Part shown: in pieces, positions 57,013-64,000 of the stretch | Position numbering within the stretch: the first letter of the stretch is position 1 | How the letters are laid out: the number at the start of each line of letters is the position of its first letter | Assembly: GCA_027069855.1 (NCBI GenBank) | Contig: JALXEF010000048.1 | Span: forward strand, 504-64,503 | Origin: a candidate division WOR-3 bacterium | GTDB lineage: Bacteria > Hydrothermota > Hydrothermia > WGAB01 | DNA length: 64,000 nt | Reading direction: 5' to 3' | Notes under the pieces: model-generated | The model's database searches: none | What the model saw: only the letters and a program-made list of their open reading frames with translations | Told to the model about the DNA's origin: nothing | Made by a program: the position numbers and the translations under genes

Positions 57013-58307
57013 GGCCGGCCTTGCTCCTGGAGCAGCAGATACCCCACAAAGGGCTCGGGGTACTGCTTCAAAAAGGCCTGGATCTCCTCCGGGCTCACCT
57101 GCTCCAGCCGGCGGACGAGGTCCAGGGCCATCTCGGCCCCCGGTCCCAGGTACTCGTAGGTCAACAGGCTGGAAAGCAGCGACTGTGACGACGATTCCCG
57201 CATGTAGGTGAGGGTTTGCCACAGGTTCAGCACATGCTGCTTTTCCTCAGGGGTGATGGGCCGGGCCTGGAAGGCGTGCAGGGTTTTCTTCAAAAGTTCC
57301 AGGGCCCTGTCCGGCTCGGTGCTGGAAAAGTAGAGGTATCCGTAATTGGCGCGGTTCAGGGAAAGGCCCGCCCACACGGCGTAGGACAGGCCGTAGCCGG
57401 TGCGGATGGTATCCCCCAGGGCCTGCGAAAGGACCTGCATGGCCGCAAAGCCCGTGGGGAACTCGGGGTCCCGGGGCGAGGGCGCAGGGAACTTGGCGGC
57501 GAAGTAGGCCGTGATGATGGGCATGGTTTCGTGGTACACAAGGTCGCTGTCCGGCCGGGAGAAGGCCGGCACCTCGGGGTCCACAAAGTCCCCCTTGGGC
57601 AGGGTGCCGAAGGTTTCGTTGAGCCAGGCCAGCACGCTGTCCCGGTCAAAGGCGCCGGTGACGCCGATCAGGAGTTCGGAGGCCGTGAGATGGGCCGGCA
57701 GGTAGGCCCGGACCTGGTCCAGGGTGAACCGTTCCAGGGTTTCCGGGGTGCCGTCGGGCCGTACCTGGTAAGGATGCCCGGCATAGAACTTCTGGTTGAG
57801 CCGGAGCCACACCCGCTCGTCGGGGTTCTGCTCCTTCATGCGGGCCCGGGCCAGGAGCTGGCGCCGCACCTTTTCAAAGGCCGTGGGGTTCCACTCGGGG
57901 TGCATCAGGCCGTCGGCCAGAAGGCGCACAGCCTTGTGGGCGTAGAGTTCCACGGCGCGTGCGGTGACCAGCAAAAAGTCGTTGCGGGGCGGCTGCACCG
58001 ACAGGTCGATGCCGTACGCGTAAGCCTCTTCGCGGAACCGGGGATAGGGCAGGTTCTCGGAGCCCTGGAGCGCCGCGCTCACGGCGAGGTACTCCAGGCC
58101 GTCTTCGCCCTGCTGCAGTTTGGCGGCACCCCCCTTGAACAGCACCCCCACCGACACCGTGGGCACCTCGGGCAGGTAATAGAGCACCACCGGCAACCCG
58201 TTCTTCAGGTGCACCCGTTCCACCTGGGGCCGGGCCGGTTGCGAGGTGCACCCGGCGGCCAGCACCGCCAGGGTCCATCCGAAGATCCAGATGCTGGTTT
58301 TCCGCAT
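57009..58307 (-). CDS. M16-family peptidase partner subunit (no HxxEH), lipoprotein
   Basis: 432 aa. Lipobox LAAGC. M16 fold features but no zinc motif. Confidence 0.8.
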   Translation of the reverse strand: MRKTSIWIFGWTLAVLAAGCTSQPARPQVERVHLKNGLPVVLYYLPEVPTVSVGVLFKGGAAKLQQGEDGLEYLAVSAALQGSENLPYPRFREEAYAYGIDLSVQPPRNDFLLVTARAVELYAHKAVRLLADGLMHPEWNPTAFEKVRRQLLARARMKEQNPDERVWLRLNQKFYAGHPYQVRPDGTPETLERFTLDQVRAYLPAHLTASELLIGVTGAFDRDSVLAWLNETFGTLPKGDFVDPEVPAFSRPDSDLVYHETMPIITAYFAAKFPAPSPRDPEFPTGFAAMQVLSQALGDTIRTGYGLSYAVWAGLSLNRANYGYLYFSSTEPDRALELLKKTLHAFQARPITPEEKQHVLNLWQTLTYMRESSSQSLLSSLLTYEYLGPGAEMALDLVRRLEQVSPEEIQAFLKQYPEPFVGYLLLQEQGRP

Positions 58308-58309
58308 GG

Positions 58310-59608
58310 CTACTTCTCCTCGGTGGGATAAAGGATCCCCGTGGCATGGGGTTGATCCACCAGGTACCGGCGCACGAAGTCGGGGAACGCATCCAGAGGC
58401 ACCTGGCGGATCTGCTCCACATAGGTCTGGTAGTAGTCGTAGCCGGCCACCGTGATCCAGAAGGCCAGGCCCACGGCGTAGCGGCTGGGAACCTCCTGAT
58501 CCTTCAGGTAGTCGATTTCCACGGCGCGCTTGGCGTTTTCCAGGGCCTCCTCGGTGTAGAACTCCGGTTGGGCCATCTCCTGAACAAAGCGGGCGAGCCG
58601 CCGCCGGAGCCGGGGCACCTTTTCCGGCTCGGTCACGAAGTAAAAGCTGAGTTCGCCGCCGTAGCGTTGGGTGTAGTACCCGAAGGACGCCGAGGTGGCC
58701 AGCCCCGAATCCACGAACACCGTTTGAAACCGGGACCCCGGAGCGTTCAGCAGGGTGCCCAGGAGATCGGCCACATAGGTGTCTTCGGTTTGCTGTCCCA
58801 CATTGGGCCCGGCGTAGAGCACATAGACATAGGCGTGCTCCGCCGGCAACCGGAGTTCCACCGTACGGCTCTCCTGCACATGGGGCACAGGGTCCACCTG
58901 GGGCGGCGGGGCCTGGTTTTCCCAGCCGCCGAAGGCTTCCTCAATGTACCGGCGGGCGGTGGCGAAATCCAGGTCGCCGGCCACGATCAGATTGCAGTTG
59001 TTGGGGTTGTAGTGGTTGCGCTGGATCTGGAGCATCAGGTCGCGGGTGGCATGCTTGATCTGGGCGCTGTCGCCGATCACATTCTTCCGGTAAAACCAGG
59101 GGCCGTAAAAGGCCCGCCGGGTTTCCTGGTACAGCTGGTAGGTGGGCTGGGAGAAGTCGCGGCGGAACTCGTCCATCACCACCTGGATTTCCCGGTGGAG
59201 CTCCTCCTCATCAAACCGGGGCGAGATCATGGCCGCGGCCATGAAGTCCAGGCCCTCCCTGAGCAACCGGCTGGGCAGGGTGTAGTGGTATTCCACCTGC
59301 TCGGTGGAGGTGGACCCGTTGTAGACGATGCCCAGTTCCCGGAGCCGCTTTTTGAAGGCCAGTTGATCCGGATACTTGGCGTTGCCCTTGAAGAGCATGT
59401 GCTCGTACAGGTGAAACAGGCCGTTGGTTATGGAATCCTCGTAGGTACCCCCGGCGTGGAAGGAGGTGACGATGGTCACCAGGGGCACGATGCGGTTCTT
59501 CACCAGGTACACATGCAGGCCGTTGTCCAGGGTGAAGGTCTGGATCTCTGCGGCCTGCAGGCCACTCCACCCCAGCAACAGGGCCAGGGCTAAGGTCCAG
59601 CGGTTCAT
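58310..59608 (-). CDS. M16-family zinc peptidase, catalytic subunit
   Basis: 432 aa with a signal peptide. HLYEHMLF (HxxEH) and downstream Glu residues. Confidence 0.85.
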   Translation of the reverse strand: MNRWTLALALLLGWSGLQAAEIQTFTLDNGLHVYLVKNRIVPLVTIVTSFHAGGTYEDSITNGLFHLYEHMLFKGNAKYPDQLAFKKRLRELGIVYNGSTSTEQVEYHYTLPSRLLREGLDFMAAAMISPRFDEEELHREIQVVMDEFRRDFSQPTYQLYQETRRAFYGPWFYRKNVIGDSAQIKHATRDLMLQIQRNHYNPNNCNLIVAGDLDFATARRYIEEAFGGWENQAPPPQVDPVPHVQESRTVELRLPAEHAYVYVLYAGPNVGQQTEDTYVADLLGTLLNAPGSRFQTVFVDSGLATSASFGYYTQRYGGELSFYFVTEPEKVPRLRRRLARFVQEMAQPEFYTEEALENAKRAVEIDYLKDQEVPSRYAVGLAFWITVAGYDYYQTYVEQIRQVPLDAFPDFVRRYLVDQPHATGILYPTEEK

Positions 59609-59615
59609 CGCACTC

Positions 59616-59874
59616 TCACTCCTTTGGTGGATTCGGCTGAATTTTAAGGGTGAGGGGCTGGGCCTGGCGGACCTTCTCGCGGAGGTCCTGGAGCAGACGT
59701 TCCGGGTCCTTCACGCCGTATTTTTGGGCGTTTTCGCCGATGGTTCCCCAGATGGGGGTGCCGCACGAGATGGCCGGAATGCCGTGCTTGAAAAACACGG
59801 CCACGGTTTCCGGGTACCGCAGCACCAGCTCCTCCACCGTGGTTTCCAGGGTGATCTCAGGCTCCTTGGACATG
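59616..59874 (-). CDS. DUF1858-domain protein (hybrid-cluster-protein-associated redox disulfide domain)
   Basis: Start at MSKEPEITLE, with AGGAGG 9 nt upstream. VEELVLRYPETVAVFFKHGIPAISCG...GTIGENAQKYG matches the DUF1858 pattern with its single conserved Cys-Gly. Confidence 0.65.
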
Positions 59875-60612
59875 CTGGAGTTCCTCCTCAATGAGTTCGG
59901 CCACCCGGGCCGCTTCCTCCAGATGGGGCATGTGGCCCGAGTGTTCCAGCCGGGTCAGCCGCGCCGAGGGCAAAAGGTTCAGGGTTTCCCGCACCAGGGG
60001 TTCGGTCACCGCCTGGTCGTAGCGGCCCACGGCCAGGTGCACGGGCTGCCGGATCCTGGGGGCCAGGGGCCGGAGGTCCACCTGCCGCACCATTTCCAGG
60101 TCGCGGAGCATGATCGGCGGGGTGGAAAGGATCACCTGGCTCCGGTGTTCCACGCACCAGCGGATCCAGCGTTCCTGGTGGTAGATCCGGCGGCAGATGT
60201 CTTCCACCTCCTGGGGATCCACCCGGCGGCGGGGCTGCACCGGGATCCGCAGGGCTGCCGAAAGCACGACAAGTCGCTGGATCCGTGCCTCCTGGGCCGC
60301 GAGCCCCAGGGCCAGCAGCCCGCCCATGGAGTGCCCCACCACCACCTCGGGTGCGCCCCCCAGGGCCTCGTCGAACCACAGCCGCAGGATCCGCAGAAAT
60401 TCGTCAAAGGTGTGTTCCGGCGGCGGTTCGCTCTTGCAATGGCCCGGCAGATCCAGCGCCCACACCCGGGCGCTGCGGCCCAATCGCCTCACAAAGTAGT
60501 GCCACACATGGTGGCACCCCCCGGCTCCGTGGAGGAGCACCACCCGGGGCCCGGCCGTGCCCGAACGGGCGGCGTACAGGCGGGGGACCTCAGATTTCAT
60601 CGGGCTCTTCAC
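59857..60612 (-). CDS. Alpha/beta-fold hydrolase
   Basis: 251 aa. HGAGG oxyanion region, GHSMGG nucleophile elbow, and a C-terminal His (EHSGHMPHLE). Confidence 0.8.
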   Translation of the reverse strand: MKSPMKSEVPRLYAARSGTAGPRVVLLHGAGGCHHVWHYFVRRLGRSARVWALDLPGHCKSEPPPEHTFDEFLRILRLWFDEALGGAPEVVVGHSMGGLLALGLAAQEARIQRLVVLSAALRIPVQPRRRVDPQEVEDICRRIYHQERWIRWCVEHRSQVILSTPPIMLRDLEMVRQVDLRPLAPRIRQPVHLAVGRYDQAVTEPLVRETLNLLPSARLTRLEHSGHMPHLEEAARVAELIEEELQHVQGA

Positions 60613-61066
60613 CCAGGATCAGGCGCTTGTGCTCCTTGTACATGCACTTGTCTTCCACATACTCCAGGCCGGCCTCCTCGGCCAGCCGGCGGCTTTCGGG
60701 GTGCTTGATGCCCTCCTGGAGCCACACCGCTTTGACATCGCCCACCTTCTTTTTGCGTTCCACCACCTGCCGCACGATCTCGGGGGTCTGCTCCGAGGGC
60801 CGGAACACCTCCACAAGGTCAATCTTCACATCGGGCGGAATGTCGGCGATGCTGGGGTACACCTTGCGCCCGAGGGTCTTCTCCATGGTAGGGTTTACCG
60901 GGATGATGTTGTACCCGTGAGCCATCAGGTACTTGGGCACCTTTCGGGCCGGCTTCTGGGGGTTTTTGGACATCCCCACGACGGCGATGTTCTTGTACTT
61001 CAGCAGGATCTGCCGGATCCGTTCCTCTTCCGGGCTCAGGGTTTCCAGGGTTTCTTTGCGCGCCAT
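60590..61066 (-). CDS. CoA-binding domain protein (YccU/YneT family)
   Basis: 158 aa. IAVVGMSKNPQKPARKV...GYNIIPVNP Rossmann-like CoA-binding signature. RBS GGAGG. Confidence 0.8.
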   Translation of the reverse strand: MARKETLETLSPEEERIRQILLKYKNIAVVGMSKNPQKPARKVPKYLMAHGYNIIPVNPTMEKTLGRKVYPSIADIPPDVKIDLVEVFRPSEQTPEIVRQVVERKKKVGDVKAVWLQEGIKHPESRRLAEEAGLEYVEDKCMYKEHKRLILGEEPDEI

Positions 61067-61132
61067 GGTTTGCCTCCGGGAAGTTTGGATTTTCGCCGAA
61101 AATTTTAAAGGTTGAGCGGATTCGTCGGGCTT

Positions 61133-62569
61133 TTACCCGGACACCCGGCGCACCTCGGTGCCGGGATAGTAATGCGCCAGGATGGCCCGGTAGTCGTAGC
61201 CCTTCTGGGCCATCTTCACCATGCCCACCTGGCACATGCCCACGCCATGGCCCCAGCCGGCCCCGCGGAACACCCATTCCTCGCCCTCGCGCTCCACATA
61301 AAAGAGGGAAGAGGGCAGGTGGCTCGGCGATAGCACCCGGCGGATCTCCAGTTCCGTGAACAGGCGCAGGGTTTGGGCCGTGCCCCGCACCTCCAGCAGG
61401 TACAGCCGGCCCGAGGCACCCCGTTTCAGGGGAACGATGGCCTCCAGGTCGCCCGGATCCCGCCCGGTCTTCTGGCGGATGATCTCGCGAAGCTCCCGCG
61501 AGGAATACCGGATTTCCCAGCGATACAGGGGATCCCCGATGTAGGGAATCTCGTTGGGCTTCAGGTTGCAGAAGGCCTCCGGATGGGCATCGATGAAGGC
61601 GCGGGCCCGTTCCTCGGTGTTCAGCGGAGGCTCAAAGGCCGGGGTGCCGTCGGTGTCGGGCTTGGCCACCAGGTAGGGCAACGGCCGCCCGCCCCACACG
61701 AACTCCTTGGCCTCCAGCACGCCGCCGCAGGTTTTGGCGTACCGGGCATCGGCCACCGTGTTCTCGTAGATCAGCACCTCGCCCCGGGTTTCCTCCACGG
61801 CCTGCCGGGAACTCTCCCGCACCTGCTGCAGTCCCCGGTACACCTGGCAGTGGTCGGTGTTGCACAGGTCAAAGGGCTCTCCGAAGTGGTGTTTCCCGCG
61901 GGTGGCCAGCACTGTGGACCGCGCGGCCACGGTTTGCGCCTTGAGCACCTCCAGGGGAGCGTCCGGGTGCATCTCCGAGGAGTTCACCACCATCAGGTAG
62001 TGCTCCAGGTCGGTTTCGTTGACCACCAGCAGGGCCCGGTCGTCGGCGTACACATCGAACAGGCCGCCGTACACCTCGTCCTCGCGCCGCTCCCAGTGGA
62101 ACCCGGCGCCGTAGGGAATCTCGTGGAAGGTCACCACACCTGCGGCCGGCGTGATCCGAAGCGGCCCCGGCACCTCAAAGGGGCGCTGGTTCCCGGGGGC
62201 CACCTCAATCGTGCCCGAGGATTCCAGGTGCCGCCGCACATAGGCGTGGATCTCCTGTTCCAGGAGCCGCTGTCGGGCTTCCCGGGCCTCCGCTTCGGTG
62301 CCGTAGGTGCGGCAGAGCCAGGTTTCCCGCATGTCCAGGTCGCCCAGCCGGGTCCCGGCCGTTACCGGCTCAAACCCCTCGGGAAGCGCGGGGTTGCCGT
62401 AGGCCTCTACGCACACCCGGTAGGTGACCCGACCCGGGGTTTTCCAGGAAAGCACCAGGTGCTGGCCATCGCACCGGTGCTCGCCCCCCTGCCAGGAGAG
62501 CCGCAGGGGGCCGTCGGAGGACAGGGTCACCGAGGAAAGATCCCGCACGATGGAAATCCGGATTTGCAT
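61133..62569 (-). CDS. SpoIID/LytB-domain protein (second paralog)
   Basis: 478 aa. ...LKAQTVAARSTVL...CGGVLE...GHGVGMCQVG core, as in the gene at 24473-26149. Confidence 0.8.
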   Translation of the reverse strand: MQIRISIVRDLSSVTLSSDGPLRLSWQGGEHRCDGQHLVLSWKTPGRVTYRVCVEAYGNPALPEGFEPVTAGTRLGDLDMRETWLCRTYGTEAEAREARQRLLEQEIHAYVRRHLESSGTIEVAPGNQRPFEVPGPLRITPAAGVVTFHEIPYGAGFHWERREDEVYGGLFDVYADDRALLVVNETDLEHYLMVVNSSEMHPDAPLEVLKAQTVAARSTVLATRGKHHFGEPFDLCNTDHCQVYRGLQQVRESSRQAVEETRGEVLIYENTVADARYAKTCGGVLEAKEFVWGGRPLPYLVAKPDTDGTPAFEPPLNTEERARAFIDAHPEAFCNLKPNEIPYIGDPLYRWEIRYSSRELREIIRQKTGRDPGDLEAIVPLKRGASGRLYLLEVRGTAQTLRLFTELEIRRVLSPSHLPSSLFYVEREGEEWVFRGAGWGHGVGMCQVGMVKMAQKGYDYRAILAHYYPGTEVRRVSG

Positions 62570-62578
62570 GAAGACCTC

Positions 62579-63064
62579 CTATGGTTCAGGCGTTTCGGGC
62601 ATTGGCTCCTCCATCCAGAACTCGCCGGTATCCGGCACCACCTCCTCCTGGGGAATTTCCAGGGTTTCGGTCGCCGGGGGCGCATGCCGCAACCGCTGCC
62701 CCCAGGTCCAGGCAGCCGAGGCTGCAAGAAGCGAAAACAGGAGCAGGGGCACCGTAAAAAAGGGCAACCACGAGGCCAGGGGCTCCACCAGCGCAAAGAA
62801 GGCGGTCAGCAGGACCAGCACCACGGTGGCGATCCCCAGGGCCTGATGCTGGCGATAGAGCAACAGTGCCGGCGCTTCGGGCTGGCTCAGGCCGGTTCCA
62901 AGGGCCCACAGGCCCAGCAGCCCCACCACCAGCAAAAGGAGCCGGGCGGCGGTGCGATAGGTTTCGTACCGCCGAAAGGAAAAGAGGTACAAAAAGGCCC
63001 CTGCCCACAAAAAACCCAGGAGCAGGGCCGTCGCCAACGCGTGCCAAGGGAAACCCTGTGCCAT
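62579..63064 (-). CDS. Hypothetical membrane protein with acidic C-terminal tail
   Basis: 161 aa. Four hydrophobic helices, then a Glu/Pro-rich tail (EEVVPDTGEFWMEEPMPETPEP). Confidence 0.5.
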   Translation of the reverse strand: MAQGFPWHALATALLLGFLWAGAFLYLFSFRRYETYRTAARLLLLVVGLLGLWALGTGLSQPEAPALLLYRQHQALGIATVVLVLLTAFFALVEPLASWLPFFTVPLLLFSLLAASAAWTWGQRLRHAPPATETLEIPQEEVVPDTGEFWMEEPMPETPEP

Positions 63065-63097
63065 GGGCTCCCAATTATACGCCGGTTCGGGCCGTTT

Positions 63098-63910
63098 CTA
63101 CTCCAGGTACTCCACCTTCTGGGCGAAGGTCAGGTACCCGGTGTGTGAAACCATGCGCTCGCGGGGGCGGATCCGACCTTGCCGGACCAGCATCTCGCGG
63201 AGCAGCACCTCCACGGTTCGGATCCGGGTAAACCGGCCCCGAAGGAACCGCACCGTGAGGTCCACCTGATTGATGGTGGGGGAAAGGGAAGCCCAGGCCC
63301 CACCGCCCTTCAAGGCCCGCCAGGCCGGCTCCACCAGGGTCCAGGGCTCCGGCACATCAATGATCGCCGCATCGGCCCCTGTGATGCCGAACCCCTTCCG
63401 CGCGGGATCCAGCAGGTGGAACTGCACCCGGTCCAGCAGACCGGCACGGGCCACATTCTTCCGGGCGTTTTCCAGGAGATCCTGGCGCCGTTCAAAGGTG
63501 AACACCCGCCCCTCGGGCCCCACGGCCCGCGCCAGCACGATGGTCAGGGCCCCCGAGCCCGTGCCCACCTCCACCACGCGGCTGCCGGCCTGGATGCCTG
63601 TTTCCAGCAATATCAAGCCGGCGTCCTTGGGGTAAATGATGTTGGTCTTGCGGCGGACCCGCATGGCCAGGTCGGCCGTGCTCGGGGGGAGAAGGTAGAA
63701 CCGGGCCCCGGTGTTGGTCACGAGGGGCATCCCGAACCGGGCGCCCGTCGGCAGCACCACATCCCCCAGATGGGTGGATTTCTTCGCGCCCGGCCGGTAC
63801 TCCAGGAAAAACTGGGCGCCGTCCTCCTCGGCGTACAGGAGCACCACTTCCCCCACCCGGGGGCGCTCCCCAGGCATCGCCGATCCCCGCGCTTCGTGCG
63901 CTCCCGGCAT
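63098..63910 (-). CDS. trmI: tRNA (adenine58-N1)-methyltransferase catalytic subunit (TrmI/GCD14 family)
   Basis: SAM-binding VVEVGTGSGALT and the GCD14 pattern (IIYPKDAGLIL, DAAIIDVPEPW). The true start may be the internal ATG at 63877. Confidence 0.8.
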   Translation of the reverse strand: MPGAHEARGSAMPGERPRVGEVVLLYAEEDGAQFFLEYRPGAKKSTHLGDVVLPTGARFGMPLVTNTGARFYLLPPSTADLAMRVRRKTNIIYPKDAGLILLETGIQAGSRVVEVGTGSGALTIVLARAVGPEGRVFTFERRQDLLENARKNVARAGLLDRVQFHLLDPARKGFGITGADAAIIDVPEPWTLVEPAWRALKGGGAWASLSPTINQVDLTVRFLRGRFTRIRTVEVLLREMLVRQGRIRPRERMVSHTGYLTFAQKVEYLE

Positions 63911-63911
63911 C

Positions 63912-64000
63912 TCAGTAGGCCAAAAAGTCCTTCAGGGTCTTCTCGTCCAGCCGCTGGATCAGCGCCACGGCCAGTTTCACGGCAGCGTCAAAGTCGTCGC
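63912..64000 (-). CDS. 3' end of an unidentified upstream CDS (continues beyond window end)
   Basis: Reverse-strand frame reads ...DDFDAAVKLAVALIQRLDEKTLKDFLAY* with a stop 1 nt before the trmI start. Too short to assign. Confidence 0.35.
   Translation of the reverse strand, partial: DDFDAAVKLAVALIQRLDEKTLKDFLAY

Noticed and set aside
1-64000. CRISPR arrays, IS/transposase genes, integrases, rRNA/tRNA genes
   Set aside because: No regularly spaced direct repeats, no transposase or integrase-like ORFs, and no tRNA-like sequences were found in the few short intergenic regions.

Overview
This is a GC-rich (~67-68%), densely packed bacterial chromosomal segment of about 65 protein-coding genes. 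It is organised in long co-directional runs with many 1-4 nt stop/start overlaps. I found no rRNA, tRNA, CRISPR array or obvious mobile element. Amino-acid usage (many E/R/L) and gene content (TonB/ExbBD, long multi-SLBB Wza, a FadL/PorV-like outer-membrane protein, paired M16 peptidase lipoproteins) point to a Gram-negative organism, possibly a thermophile. Most of the window is housekeeping. The recognisable genes include fabH, ispA-like, truA, ruvB, pstSCAB-phoU, argS, rsfS, secDF, nadK, ileS, pyrR, ahcY, gcdH, holA, coaE, panCD, recO and trmI. The standout is a compact three-gene cassette at 51.7-54.8 kb. It encodes a secreted octaheme c-type cytochrome, a predicted outer-membrane beta-barrel and an extremely heme-dense undecaheme cytochrome (11 CXXCH motifs in 267 aa), bounded by a strong intrinsic terminator. 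That architecture is what a porin-cytochrome (Pcc/Mtr-like) trans-outer-membrane electron conduit looks like, so this is a candidate, apparently undescribed, extracellular electron transfer module. Other points of interest are two separate M16 peptidase pairs, two SpoIID/LytB paralogs, a 12-gene minus-strand run carrying a Tol-like ExbB-ExbD-ExbD-TonB unit with an 865-aa TPR protein, a membrane-protein/wHTH/OPT transporter operon, small translationally coupled ORFs, and a glycan-related cluster containing an uncharacterised 572-aa NAD(P)-binding protein. Many long ORFs in the six-frame track are antisense shadows typical of high-GC DNA and were rejected.
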